In this document: in pieces, positions 1-14,100 of the stretch
How positions within the stretch are numbered: the stretch's first letter is position 1
Layout: every line of letters begins with the position of its first letter
Source: Phoronis australis
Lineage: Eukaryota > Animalia > Phoronida
Reading direction: 5' to 3'
Assembly (NCBI GenBank): GCA_002633005.1
Contig: NMRA01000507.1
Span: 186,001 to 250,000 of the forward strand
Length of the DNA: 64,000 nt
Position numbers and translations under genes: made by a program
Notes under the pieces: model-generated
Seen by the model: only the letters and a program-made list of their open reading frames with translations
What the model was told of the DNA's origin: nothing
Database searches by the model: none

Positions 1-684
1 CATGTATATTTGACTTCAACAATCATGTCTGACAAAACCCTGCCATCAGGCGAAGCACCAAGCAATCCAGTCAGTCACCTGTAATTTAGAAGTACAGTAG
101 GCCTATTGCTTTAAGCCGATCACTTGTCTCTGGTTTCTGGCTCCTGTTTGCTGAGTGGTTAAAACAAACATTTCATGTAAATTTTCATGTGGACAAGATA
201 GCAGTGTTTTTTGTTTTTTTTGGGAAACTTTCAGTCAGAAAATTGTAACATTAATCTGTTGACCATGCTAGCAAAAAATTACATATTTAGCCAAAGGTTT
301 GTTAAAAAAAATCTTAATTTCCAATTGTTCATTTACTTTATTAAATTACATCCTGAAGGAAATACGGTAATTGTTGACTAATGTTTTAATGCTATTCTTT
401 GTAAACGATGTACACTGTATTGTTTTATATGACATGTAATTATCATGCTAGAGCAAAATAAAAGTATGAAAAAAGTTCTACAGATTACATTTGATACATA
501 CCACTCACATCCATGACCTGAAGACCAAGTGTGAAACAAGATATCTGTGAGTTTACAGGCGCCGGTGGACAAAACAGAAAAATATAATAGATGTTAATTG
601 CAATGCCTAAGACTTTATCGATAACAACAAAACGCAACTTGATAACACTTAAAACTACATAACATATTACGCATCAAGCCGAGC
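1..684 (+). repeat. Near-identical copy of 1846-1963 joined to 4032-4591 (probable alternative haplotype with a ~2.07-kb deletion), ending at N685
   Basis: Direct sequence comparison. The identity stops exactly at the N. Confidence 0.8.
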
Positions 685-3600
685 NATGCCATATCTGTTT
701 AAAGAGTACAACATTATTTTGAAAGTATGTGCGTTTCTTGTAAACCTACAGACGTCAATTCTCAAGGAAATTATTCCAAAGTAATCCTTGATTGCCTGTT
801 CAATTCCAGATGTACAGTACCATAATGGCAATACTTTTTACTTCATGTCATCTATGTTTTCGTATGAGGTAGTGGTTTGAGACTGATTATTTAATAGCAA
901 GTGGTCTAAATAAGAAGTTGATAGTGAACAGAAGGCGAAGGTCTGTTGCTTGTTTAAGGTGTAAGCTCATCAGTTGCATTTTGGCAGGAGTGAGCAATGT
1001 TACAGTTCATATTTGGACTAATTATTAATACTGCTTTTCACCATAATATTCTAATCCGCCATATTATGGGAAAAAATTCAAATAGCGTTGCAAAGAGTCC
1101 ACCGAATTCAATCGCAAATCTTTGTTGAAATCTAAGCTCACCCTAGCCAAATTCAATTATATGCAGTACAGTTGTTTTGTGACTTGCGTTGTGGAATATT
1201 AGAAGCAAGCAAACGTAAACCAGATTTGTTTTAAGATGGTTCGACTACTTTATAGTACTTGCTAACTTTGTAACATTTAACTCGAGTTTGGATTTTGTAA
1301 ATGATAAACCATAACAAGAGCAACGCAGAGCGTTGCAATGCGCCCACGAATGCACCGAAAATGTTATGCTTCTAAGGTTGTTTATTTTAATCTTAAAAAA
1401 TGGCAACAAGATGGCACAAAATAGGTTGAATCCATCCGAAAACGGGAACATGCCATCATTTCTTTAATGAAAAGCTATTTACCAAATTTCATAAAAATCT
1501 GTCAAGGAACTTCAGAGGAAAGAGGTCTCTCACTGCAGGGAGTATAGCCATAACAATTAAGTCCATATTACCAGGTCACACCAATGGGTTCCACTCAAAT
1601 ACAAATTCCCCTGGACCTGGGTAGAGTTTGTTAACGCTATAATCTCGCTAAAAAGCAAGACTTAGCGAGATTACGTGAGATATTGTAGTGTATTCTAAAT
1701 AAGAGCACGTGATTTTGACTGGAATTGAGTGAGGTCCTATCATAGGTCCTAGCCGGTTACTGAACCCTGCTGTGATACCAATATTTATGACTTCTCTTGT
1801 ATGAGACTGCCAGCCACATCAACAAGTAAATCATTTCCGGTGAACCATGTATATTTGACTTCAACAATCATGTCTGACAAAACCCTGCCATCAGGCGAAG
1901 CATCAAACAATCCAGTCAGTCACCTGTAATTTAAAAGAACAGTACTGCTTTAAGCCGATCACTACAATCTGTAAATTTGTGAATATGTTTTGCTGGCTAG
2001 TAACAATGTAGTGAAGAGCACTCTTTTACTTATACTTAAAAGTACAAGCCCCCATATAGGCAAAATGAAGTAGCATATGTAATGGCAGTGCCGACCACAG
2101 AGGTTGTGGGGCTTGATTGTGTAATTTATCATGGGTACCTACACCCTAGCAGGACCTGACAAATGACAAAACAAACTGTTCATGTATAAATGAAAAATAA
2201 TTTCTGTTTATACACTGGCTTTTGAAAATTGTGATTCAAGCACCAGGCCCTCTGAAACACCGGGTGCAAATTGAAAGAATCGGTAAAATTGTATGTGTGT
2301 TGCGTCGACCGTTTCACCCTTGTGTTTTGGCAGATGCCCCACTTTTTCGCATTTCATCTTGAAGTGCCGCTTTTCAATCCAATTATCAGGTTTTTTTGTT
2401 CTAAAATTTTGACAACCATGTCAAAGGTGCTCAAAATAACATCGTCACTTTGTTACGAATATTATCATTTTCCAGAGTTCAATTTCTTAGTAACATAACA
2501 ACTGTAAAAATGTTTCCAATGTCTCTTGTTCGCGGTAACATACACTGCATTTATCAGGATCATTAACGCTTAATTTTTGAAGAAGTTAGTGAGTTTATTT
2601 ATATACTACTCTAGATTATGTCGTACACTGCAACCTGAGTAATGATGTGTTCACAGTACATTTCAAAGCTCCACAAAAGACGTTATTGCTCATTTTTATC
2701 TATCAAAAAGTCTTTATCTGCTCATTTCGGATAGGCACTTGGAGTAATTATTTAATCACATTTTCTGTAAATGTCACTGCATCCTTAATTTTGGATGGAT
2801 ATCTGACTAAATTCCTCACAGCAATTGTGAGGTATCCATATTCGAGAATCTTTGTGTTCATATGGTGGAAATCATATGAATCATTAAAATCATTTCTCTG
2901 CTGGTTTAATTACATAACCTCAATCTCTGGTTCATTTCCTATTTATATTACTATTACACCCTGTTATTTTTCGCATTTTGGTAACACTCTTGGTTTTAAG
3001 AATTAAAAAATATATTTTCAAACCTGTCAGGTATGCGAAATGATAGTTATTTATGAACTGAGTTATTTATCTTTTACTTCTGTTATTATCATATACCATC
3101 AAGAACTGACAGAGGGCTTTCTAATGATATGACTCTTATGCAATTTGGTTGAAAAACGGCAGGGGAGTGAAAAGATTTAGTGACAGTAAACTACACAACA
3201 AGAACCAACACTGGAAGAAATGAATGCAAACAAAAGCCACGCATGCGTGGCGCAAGTCGGCAGTCCAGAGCTAAAGTTATGTGCACACAGCACGAAACAT
3301 ATCAATCCTAACAAAATTTTAAGTAACAATACACATCATTCAGCCAACCTTAACACATTCTGACACATTGTAGTCTCCCTTGAAGGTTTTGACAATTGAC
3401 AAAACCATTCCAAAATAACTTCAGTCTTTTCTACAATAGGCAAACCTAAAATGCACCGTTTGCAAAAGTGTCCCATTAATAAACAAAGAACAACTTTTAA
3501 AATTTTTGTCAGGTGCAGTTGCAGTTTTATGAAACAAAGCCAAAACATTTCTTTTATTTAGCAAGCAAAAGGCTGACTGCACAGCATGAAAGAAAAGGCA

Positions 3601-3829
3601 AAAAGACCTTAAATAGACGATTAACTTGGGAACCGAAAAAACTCCCATCCTCACTGAGACTGAATACCAGATCTCTGGATCATATAAGATTTAAGATCGA
3701 ATTTCAGTCAGCATGTTTCTGTTTTCATAATTTCATCCCACCACATTTGAATAGCTTTGAATTGAAGCACACTAACCTGACATATTTGTGAGCCAAAACA
3801 AGTTCTACAACAATTTTAGTGACTCTGAT

Positions 3830-4300
3830 ACATGGTGGAGAAAAGTAAATAAAATCCCCTTCAATTGTACAAAAGAGACAAAATTGCGTTCTTTGGTTTC
3901 AATACCGCTTAATTCACAGAAGATTACCAACTAATAATTATTTACATAAAAGTAAAATAAAAACAAGTGATCTATGCTCTTTGTGTGAAGAACACCATGA
4001 AACTTTTCTCCATCTCTTTTGGGAATGTCGTCTTGTCTCTGGTTTCTGGCTCCTGTTTGCTGAGTGGTTAAAACAAACATTTCATGTAAATTTTCATGTA
4101 GACAGGATAGCAGTGTTTTTTGGTTTTTTGGGAAACTTTCAGTCAGAAAATTGTAACATTAATCTGTTAACCATGCTAGCAAAAATTTCATATTTAGCCA
4201 AAGGTTTGTTAAAAAAAATCTTAATTTCCAATTGTTCATTTACTTTATTAAATTACATCCTGAAGGAAATACGGTAATTGTTGACTAATGTTTTAATGCT
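3830..4300 (+). mobile_element. L1/Tx1-clade LINE ORF2 3' fragment (zf-RVT region), decayed
   Basis: IPFNCTKETKLR..WFQYRLIHRRLPTNNYLHKSKIKTSDLCSLCEEHHETFLHLFWEC, a CxxC..HLFWEC motif, with frameshifts. Confidence 0.8.
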
Positions 4301-5470
4301 ATTCTTTGTAAACGATGTACTCTGTATTGTTTTATATGACACGTAATTATCATGCTAGAGCAAAATAAAAGTATGAAAAAAGTTCTACAGATTACATTTG
4401 ATACATACCACTCACATCCATGACCTGAAGACCAAGTGTGAAACAAGATATCTGTGAGTTTACAGGCGCCGGTGGACAAAACAGAAAAATATAATAGATG
4501 TTAATTGCAATGCCTAAGACTTTATCGATAACAACAAAACGCAACTTGATAACACTTAAAACTACATAACATATTACGCATCAAGCCGAGCTATAAATCT
4601 GACAATAAGCAATTCTTTACTCAAAGCCGTCGCTCCAACCAATGAGCTATACATAAAGAGTTTAAGTCACGTGGTTTTCGTTGAGCGGAGTGGTCCGCCA
4701 TCTTGCTGATGAACCATAATAGTCGAGATGCGTGTGTACTGTGTAGCATCTAAGAACCAATATTGGTAACAACGCGTGATACAAGTAAAAACTAATAGTT
4801 TTGATGTTAAGATCAACAAGTGCAAATTAAGATTTTTAGAAAATCATCCAAGAAAATCATTGCTTACTTGAGGACATAATTTAAAGTTCTTTAGACTTAT
4901 CTTTAGTTATAGCAGAAAACATCAGAAATAAAGTTTGTTTTCCAGTAAAAAGCAAAGCTAGCAAACATAAACTAGCCTCTAGAGGGTGCATAGCAAGTCA
5001 GCAATGCCAAGACCATAGCGGTAGGAAGGTACGTCCATGTCATTTGTTGTCATATTCATAGGAATGCACCGATGATAAGAATTTTCCGAGCACACTTATT
5101 TGACTGATATTTGACTGTGCTGTGAAATCAAACACCTCAACCACTGCGTACTACTTTCTTATTAGGTAACAAACAAGCTGTTGGTCAAGTGTGCATAGTG
5201 ATATCCTCAAACTGTGCTGTCTTGGTTTTTCACTAACAGTTGCTCCTAGTAACCCGCTGCCCATTAAAGAAAACAGCATTTTCTAAATGACTGAGAGTAA
5301 ATAGTCTCACATATGCAAACACAGTGTTAGTTATGATAAAGTCACATGTTCAGGACTATTTGCTAAAATGTGTATATATACTCATACGCCGATTACTAAG
5401 GGCAGAATACAATTGGTAAACAACATAGAATAAAAATCGCATTCAATTTCAAAATATCAAACACCCATTA

Positions 5471-6150
5471 TGATAATTCTTCAGCTATTTTGTGCAAATA
5501 TAACTGCCAAAATTGGCATTTTTCAAATGTTCAAAAGACCAATTGCCTCGTTGCAAATACTTGAAACATAACCAACAAATGTTCTATGACATCTACACAC
5601 TACAAACAACCTAAACACTGACTTTCGTTTTCTGAATCTTTATTTTTGGTGAGAAATTTGACAAAATGAAATTAATTTTAATTTCCCTCCACACCGTATG
5701 CTAAATAGGTGAAAAACTACAACATTGAAAGAAAAATATACTGTAACACAAACCCATTAAAAACTGCCGTTGGCACTTAAGAATATCAACAAGTCAGAAC
5801 AGATACTGGACAAGCTATTATGTCATCAAGGACGTCATCACTGTCCAGCGTAACGCTCTTCTACAAATTACAATTATAATGGTAATTCTTCAGCTATTTT
5901 GCGCAAAAATAATTGCCAAAAAATTCATTTTACCAAACTTTTTAATGCCGATTGCCTTGCTGCAAATACTTGGAACGTAGCAACAGGTGTTTTATGACAT
6001 CTACACACTACAAGCAAGATAAACACTGACTTACGTTTTCTTAACCTTTATTGGACAAAATTAAATTTCACTTGTCCCCCATACAGTATTGAAAAAAAAA
6101 CATACAAAACTGATGTCATTGGCAGTTAAAAATATCTACCAATCAGAAAA
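5471..6150. repeat. Diverged tandem duplication, period ~410 bp
   Basis: taattcttcagctattttg...tatgacatctacacactacaa...aaacactgactt occurs at ~5474 and again at ~5883. Confidence 0.7.
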
Positions 6151-6299
6151 CGTGCAGCTTAAGAAGCAGAAGGGGCTAATTTTTATGAAGAATGGATCCT
6201 GTTCTCGTTTCATGTTCAAGGCCGATCACAGTGGTTTGAGCGTGTTTAATATGGCTTCTGTGTCTCACCCTTGAAACTTAGCTTCCATGCCCTGTTGCA

Positions 6300-7040
6300 A
6301 GCTCTCATAGGCTCTGTCTCAAGTAGCGCTTTGTGCTCTTTTAAATAGTCACTTGTGTGGTTACAGGGTCGGATCCAGGATTTTTAGATGGGGGGCAGGG
6401 CACAGGAATAATAGGAAAAGGCAGAATTTCGCGACATGCGCACGCCCAGCCTGAAATGTAGGCATATAGGGTGTCGAATTTTTGTGTTTGTGGACGTTAT
6501 TACTAAAAAAAACTCCCAAATAGTGTCTGGGAGAATTTTAAGGGGAGCCATGGCCCCTTTAGCCCCCCTAAATCCGCCACTGGGTTACAGGTGAATTGAA
6601 CTTCGGGGGGGAAATTTCAATCACTTTAGGGGAATTTTTAGCCCTCGCGGGCGGAATTTCGCGTGATTTTTCAATCATTTTTGAGAGGAGAAATTGGGCC
6701 GATATTCGGCCCGAAAATCAAGAGACTGCGAGCCCTGTCTTTTTTCAAACCCTTAGTCATGATTACACTGATTGGCTGGCCGAAGACTCACCGGTCGTTG
6801 CTATGATATTCGGCAACTGAGATGCGACAAAACATGATCAAACTTTTGTAAAACATTTAAAAGTTTTACACGGAAATATTTTCATTCTTCGCGGCGCATG
6901 GCAACGACCCAAAGCTTTCGAATCTCAACGTCCTTAGGGATTGTAATTAAGACAACGCGGAACGCAACTATGCCGATAAGCCATTAACGGAGCTATCGTA
7001 GTGAGCCTCGTTTTGGAACACGCTTCCTGTTTGCGTGAAT
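6300..7040 (+). repeat. Dispersed repeat, copy at ~44800-45290
   Basis: Shared gctctca..ggctctgt, ggggggaaattt..aatcactttag, tcaccggtc.ttgctatgat, gcaacgacccaa and gagcctcgttttgga. Confidence 0.75.
6364..6582. mobile_element. MITE with CAG..CTG termini and 5-bp TSD (hAT5-like)
   Basis: CAGGGTCGGATCC...AATCCGCCACTG flanked by GGTTA/GGTTA. The paralogous block at ~44850 shows the empty site. Confidence 0.8.
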
Positions 7041-7639
7041 TATGTCTATGGTCAGCGTTTCATGCAATGTTTGAAAAGAGGAGCGAACAAATATTGGTAC
7101 AGCTTTTAATTTTTCAAATTGGCCCAGGATTAGAGATTGTGCAGCACAGCAACCCTCACTATTGTTTCAGTTCGGCGCGCACGAATACAAAAATATAGGA
7201 CAAGTTAGGATAGTATAAATGTAGACCTACTCAATGTGTTATTTAGATTTTGGAAGATATGTGTTGTAATACTCAACATACGTTTGTTATAGCTATTACG
7301 ACGTTGTTTAATTTCATTGCGCTCGTTTATTATCATCCTTCAAAGTGTGACCAAGAAGTGTACGAATGGTACTGCACTCCTTGATGTGACTCTCTGTGCG
7401 TGCGCGTAAGTATACAAAATCCAGGATCCGCGGGAAATATTGTCGATCGATTCCTGACGTATAGCAAACATTAAGAAACTTAGTATTTTGCAGGAACACG
7501 ATAAAACGAATTAGGATTTTGACGATAATCTTCATACAGTTAGCTGGCTCACTAAGTACCACTGTGTGTCTCCGTTAGATCCAGAAATTTCACACAGCCT
7601 GGGTAGTTCTGCTAATCACCTCGTCGTGAAGCATTATCA

Positions 7640-10180
7640 GCATGTAAAGTCTAGGACTATAATGTTTTGTTACTCCCTAGTAGAGCTAACAACCGTCGGC
7701 CTGTGCATGCAAAATCTGGGAGTTCAGTAACCGACGCTCACCTTGCCCGTTGTAGCCGTTTAAGTGAAAAACTATCTAATAAACGTCATTTTCTTACATA
7801 ATTCCCCGCCTATTGTAACAAAGAAAAGTCCGTCTTCGTTTTGAAAAGAGTTCGCTCGTGACATGCACAGACGCCATTTCTTACATTTTTGAAAAATCTC
7901 TCGGGAGACTTTGACATCTCCGTAGCAGCAAATCTTGTTCTAAAATTCAGTTTGCTGGTATTAAAATACTCAAAACTGTTAACGAAATGAAACCAGTTCC
8001 GATAATTTGCTGTGACATGTACTCAACCTCGTGGAAGAAGAACAGTTGGTTGAGGAATTGGTGAAAAAAGGAACTGGCCAATAGGTGACGCAATATTTCA
8101 TGGCGCCGAAAGCCGTGCAAAAGTTCGCAACAAAATTTTAGCAGCAGAATATCGATAGAATGCCAATATCTCCAACACTGCGGAAAATAATTTAGTTTAC
8201 TCGAGGAAGAGTGCATTTTTTGTGACACTTATTTTGTGTCACATTTTTGGTTAGTTTTTTACCCACATCGGCTAGGTGATGCTGCGAAATAGGCCTATTT
8301 TTGTTGCTCGTACGGATTGTTGTCAATTTTTGCTTGTTTCCATAACTATGATGGCGAAAATGAAAACAATGCAATTTTAATTTAATGTTTGCATAATTCA
8401 GGAAACCAGAGGTCGGTAAACCAAGTTTTTTAAAAAAGCTTTAGGCGAAAGACTAGCAGAAGGTGCCAACTCTCTCAAAATTGCCCTGGAGGTATTTACT
8501 ATTCCATGCAGCATTAGTTAACTGATTTTGGCTAATTAGGATTTTAATTATGGCTTGGTCATCCATTCAGTCAAAATAAGTTGCATAGGTGGCTTATCAG
8601 CCACGCATGCTGACTCACAATAGAAGCCATGAATCTGCAAATCACCAGCACTTAACAGTTAGGTTGTTGCCACAGAACATTTTCTAGTTCATGTCATCAC
8701 TTGAATTATTGTGCAAATCAACTTCTGACCACCAGCTATAAATTAAAGTGAGTGGATTCCACTGACAATGTGGCTTGATGGGGTTGCAACTCACCTTTGT
8801 ATATGTTAATTCATTAATTTACTTTGTTTAACTCATCTGAGTTCAAGTTAGTGCATCTGAATGCCACTCGTATACAAAGCAGTTTGCTATTAAATGTCTC
8901 TGTGAATTTGGTTATGAGCCCAAAACAACCTTTTCCAAAGAGGTTGTCCAAATGCTCCCAATTCTTTTTTCTGGTCTCTTCCCTTATGTGTTTGCATTTG
9001 AAATAAGATGAGGAACAGGAAAATAACGAATTTGAATGAAGTTTGAAGAACATAGGTTTTTTAAGATAGCACTGAACTGTTAGGCCGTAGCCACCGGGCA
9101 CAACCAGATCATCTGCTCGTACTTTTGACGAGTTCAAGATATATTTGACATTGGTGGCTCATCACATTTTGCTGTCACGTGCAAGTCACATGTGGTTTAA
9201 TTTGTTGATCAATAATATTAATATCAAGCATAGCCTAGGTCCTGGTAGTTAAGTAGGGACTACCGGGACTAACAGTTGATTTGTCATTGATTTACAAGAG
9301 TGATTGATGTTATTAAATTATTACATTTATAATATAAGAACCAGACTTGTAATGGGTGCATGCAAAATCTGGTAGTCAACTGACACTGACCTTGTTCGTT
9401 GCAGCTGTTTAAAGTCACGTGATCCGTTTTAAAACGTTTTTAAAACACCATGAATCTGCATAAAAACTATTGAAACTGTCTGATTCTTAATTAAAGCTTT
9501 TCGTAAGTACATATTTTTTGTTTTTTACCTTCTCAAAATCTGCCTGATCAAAACAAACTAATGTTACCCATAAAGTATGACCTTTTGGCAATTCGTGACA
9601 AATAGTCAGCTGTAAAAAACGCCTAAAACGGCGTTAAAAGTTTTTTTCTATAACTCGGACCATATGCCTTTAAGCGTAAAACAATCAAATAAACGTCATT
9701 TTGTAGCATAATTCGCCCCCAGTGTGTCATCCGTTTTCAAAAAACACCACGCGCCACTTCCTTAAGTTTTGCAACCTCTTTTGGGAAAATTAGTACAGCT
9801 TTGCAGCAGCAAGGTTTGTTTTAAAATTCGGTTAAATTGCTGGTATTATTATACTAAAACTTTTAACGAGTGAAACAAGTTCCGATAATTTGTCATGACA
9901 GGTACGCAACCTTATGGCGGCAGCGAAGAACAGTTGATAAAAGAATTATGGGAAGAAACTGGTCAAAGTCAGGTGACGTTAATCGCCAAAAACCACTCAG
10001 AAGAACGCAATTTTAGCAACAGCCGATTAACGACAGAAAGCTAACTTTTCCAACACGGGTAAATAAGTTAGTTTACTTAAGGAAGAGAGTTGTTTTAACG
10101 ACACTAATTTGGAGTCAGATTTTGTTTGTCCATTTTTTACCCATATCAGCGCAAATCTGTAAAATTAGTGAACAGCTTTG
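7640..10180 (+). repeat. Local duplication (~7700-8290 vs ~9355-10170). Also ~9105-9330 matches ~44225-44440.
   Basis: Shared gtgcatgcaaaatctgg, aaacgtcatttt, gttccgataatttg and agtttact..aggaagag. Also tcatctgctcgta.ttttgac.ag and ctaggtcctggt at both ~9110-9250 and ~44230-44365. Confidence 0.7.
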
Positions 10181-11509
10181 GACCAAGGATATGGCCAACC
10201 TGATGGTATCTGGTGACCATCCCTTTAGAAGATACCCTTTTCGAAGAACTCGAACAACCAGGAAACGTACGAAAATGCATGGCGAACCACTTACAGCACT
10301 GTGACAAACAATGAAAAATAAGAACGGCTGATATAATGATAAAATACGATGTAAACTCTTCACAATAAATCAAAGCAATATGTGATAAGCAGTTGAGGAC
10401 CCACCATCACGTCACTGACACATCAGCCAATCAGCGATCACTGTCAGGATTTCAGTCTTTTGACAATGCATGAGCTCTTGTTTAGCGTTTATGTTAGAAC
10501 CGGTTAACTGGTGCATTATTTTTACTACAGTCTCCTTTTAATAACCTTTTAATTATAATGCAAAGGCATTGGCACAAAAAAATTTCATCATGTGAGTAAA
10601 ACGGGTAACTCCTTCACGTGCACATGGTACTAGAATCACCAGTTGGTGTCTCCACAAATCCGTGAAGCTTATTAACACAATATTTTTGTAAGGTATAGTC
10701 AACTATTCAAGCTTTTCCAGAAAGATTTATTAACATTTTGCCACAATGAAACATCAAAAGACAGTTGAACTAATTTGTTATCACCAATTTTTCAATTGTA
10801 TACAAAGTGCTGATATTGGCAACATGGCATTCATAACATTTTAATGTTACACAGTATTGTAATATATGTATCAAATATTCTTATAAGGGCCCGTATGGGC
10901 ATCATCGAGCGGATAACGGGGCTCACCTAAACAGTAAATAGGTGAAAAATACGTGAAAATTCAATGAAACACGGTAGTTGGTCATTTTATATAAATTGAT
11001 ATACAAATTGTTAAAAATTGTTACCTTTAAAACTTTTTATTTAGCACAAATTCCAATAGAGGCCCGTATGGGAATCCCTGGTCGGTGATAGAGACCGCCT
11101 AAACTGTCGAAAAAACAAAAGGCTTCGTCCGAATTGTGATCAAGCTATTTCACAATGTTTATTATAAATTGAAGTTTGGTTGATACAAATATTTTGGTGT
11201 TGCGAGCTTTGCATTCGTGTGTTTTAAGCCAAAGGTGTGATCGCCGCCCGATTAATACATACTTGACTGTCGAGCGTGTGTCTTGTATTGGATTCGCCGA
11301 TAATAGGCCGAGTAATTTGGTGGAAAATACGTGGAAACGAACCGGAATATTTTAACCTGATCTTTTCGTATAAAGCAATATTCAAATTCATCAAAACTGT
11401 TCTATTAGCAACTAAATTTTCAAACTAATTCGCCCACTAATCCTCCAACTCGAAGTCGTCGCCCTTTTGAATACAGACTCGGTAAACCTTGCACAGAGTC
11501 ATTCGTGAC

Positions 11510-12110
11510 GTGCATGAAACGTACCATGCTCAGTCTTATTGTCTCGAGAACATATGGATTTTCTTGAATTGGGTGTAAGGTGGCGCTCTGACGGTCGATT
11601 TCCAAAACATTACAGTGCCATAAGTCTGACCGTCATCAGGCGTATCGCAATGTAACTTTGTAGACCGAGCTCTTCAACCGCTACACGAAAAGTGTTTTTC
11701 ATCACGACTGGCCGGTCTTCAGTTATGTGAGATTTTCCGACGGCCGTTCTCATATTGACTGATCATTCCTGGTTTTCTTGTAGGTCGACCCCCATTGTAC
11801 AGGAATTAGTTTCTTCGTTGATTTCGTTATCAGTGTTTAATGAACAAAAAGAAGAAGATGATGATCATGGTGATAGAGGTAGTGATGGTGATGATGATGA
11901 ATGTGGTGGTGATGACGATGAAAAATGGAAACATACACATTTTGAAAACAAATGACAACGTTCTTATAATAATCTCTGGCGTTATAATTAGCTAACCTAT
12001 GTACCCTGTGCGTAGATGATGTGAATATGTGCCAGTCCGTATTAACCGTAAAATTAACAGTATTGGGAGCTTTTAAATATTACGTCATCACTCACGGGGG
12101 GAGGGATGGT
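11510..12110 (+). repeat. Upstream (promoter-side) block duplicated at ~56740-57275
   Basis: Collinear match, including accatgct.agtcttattgtctcgagaaca, a GAT/GGT microsatellite, aaatggaaacatacacattttgaaaac and tattgggagc..tattacgtcatcactc. Confidence 0.85.
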
Positions 12111-12420
12111 GGAAAGATGAGAGTGCAGAAACTGTCCAATGATAGAACATCATTATGATACCTATAAGGAAGTAATCTGTACGCAACAATGTTGTGACAG
12201 TTATGATGGCAATAGAACACTTTAACGTGTTCGATAGCAGCCTATCAGTGAAATTGTTCACATGAAGGGACCAATGAGCACATATTTTGACGTGTCCATC
12301 AAAATCAGCCGGGGACCGCAGATTATATATTGTGTATTCTAACACCGAACAGTTCAGTTTCTAACTCAATGTGCAGTTTCAGCAGGTTCTAACAACCGAC
12401 GCACAACTCTATCTGCACCA

Positions 12421-12807
12421 ATGCTTGGTCTTGGAAGCATCGCTTTAACTTTTCTGGGGACGATAATTTTCCGAGTAGCCTCTGAACCACAACCACTATA
12501 CGGTAATATAGTGAACTTTTGTGCGGCAACGAAGCTCTTTGAGGCGCACGTCACATCGGTTTCTAGCGCATTCGTGTCGAGCTTTTATAGTTCGAAATCG
12601 GCTAGAAGTGACATTGAATGCACCGTTATTTGTAAACGAGACTCAGAAAACTGCGTGTCTGCTTTGTGGGATAATACAGGCGGCACATGTTATCTGTCTC
12701 GCTTTAATCTGAACTCCCAACAACCCGGTGAAAATCTCCAGGTTCGTTCGTCAGCGGAAGCCTCGAACACTGAAGGTAGAAAAGTGATATCGCTGAAGCA
12801 CAAGCTG
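12421..12807 (+). CDS. Exon 1 of 11: signal peptide + PAN/Apple domain of a secreted PAN-3xCTHRC1-C protein
   Basis: ATG ORF starts MLGLGSIALTFLGTIIFRVAS (hydrophobic leader). It contains SDIECTVICKRDSENCVSALWDNTGGTCYLS, the PAN/Apple Cys pattern (CxxxC..C..CYL). It ends at a consensus donor ctg|gtaagt, phase 0. Confidence 0.85.
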
Positions 12808-14100
12808 GTAAGTTGATTTTGTTTATCAGAATCGAGCTAACAATCGCATGTACAGTCATTTTGCGAATTTTAATTGCCACCAGGTCAACAAGTTTGGATC
12901 TGGGAAAAACCCTTCAACCAGTGTACATTTATTTGGTGCATTTCCTCGTCATTTGTTCCCCTACCCATTGCGGTTTTCAGTGGCAGGCAAATCACTCAGT
13001 TATGCCTCGGACCAGCTAGTTCGAGGTTATGTCGAAGATGTGTCAATAACAAGGCCAAGGACGTTGAAACCTGTACGACTGGGGATGGTTTGTACCAAAA
13101 TAAATGTTTCAAAATGATATTATTTAAAAGAACGCTAAAATATAACCACAATGCATCTTTTTATTACTCTTTCTTCGCGGAAACGTTCATATTCTATAGT
13201 TGGCCATTCAAATCTCTCAATACCTTACCACTCCAAAGATCTTGTGCATATGTAGTTTGGTGTACTCTGTCATTTAGGATTATGTAGGACCTTATCGTCA
13301 TGTTTGTGCGTTTAGTCAAATATCTAAAAGGCTGCAAAAATTAACCCGGTAAAAGTATATATTTTCCAAAAGAAGAAAGCATTTAAATTTTCATTTTTGA
13401 CTTCTTAACAATTTGTCATTAAATGTGTCACGTAACTATGTTTTTGGTAAAATTCAGAAAAAAGAAAAGAACATTCATACCAAAATAACAGTATCAATAA
13501 CACGGCTAAGTAAGTTCCTATGTTCAGATGAAATCACCAAAAACTCTGTCACAGTTTTCTGTATCAATTCTCTTTCTTGTCATGCAATTTTCCTGTTGTG
13601 TTTTATAAAGGTTATAAAATTCTTAGCAAAGAGAAGACATTAAAAATCATAAAAGTATTTTTTATAAAAGTGCATAAAGCACTGTATAAGAAAGGTTCAT
13701 CTTAATCCAAGCTGTTGCGTGATGTTTCGAAGTTCTTCTAGGGCAGTGGTTGTAGCAAAGTAGGCTGTCTAGTTAAAAATACTACAAAGATTCACCATCC
13801 AGTAGTTATACCGTTTACACTACAAAAGTTGACTCGGATCAGCTGACACGGAACGAGACGTTCCAGCGCAAGTATGTGTGTAAATAGGACTCACACGTAG
13901 CAAATTGACACCGTGGTGACTACTTTTGCTACCCGTTTGTGAGGTATATCAATTTGAGCTCAATCATCTTGCTCCGTGTCAATAAGCGTGAGACTGGGGC
14001 AACTCGGAAAGGATCTTCTTTACTGCTCTTGTGCAATAACCTACACACGGGTTCCTGTCTCTGCAACTCCCGCTATTTGAAAACCTGCGCTTGTGCGTTC

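Noticed and set aside
378-572. Duplicated 64-aa ORF (also at 4285-4479)
   Set aside because: It arises from the haplotype-like duplication of non-coding DNA next to a LINE end.
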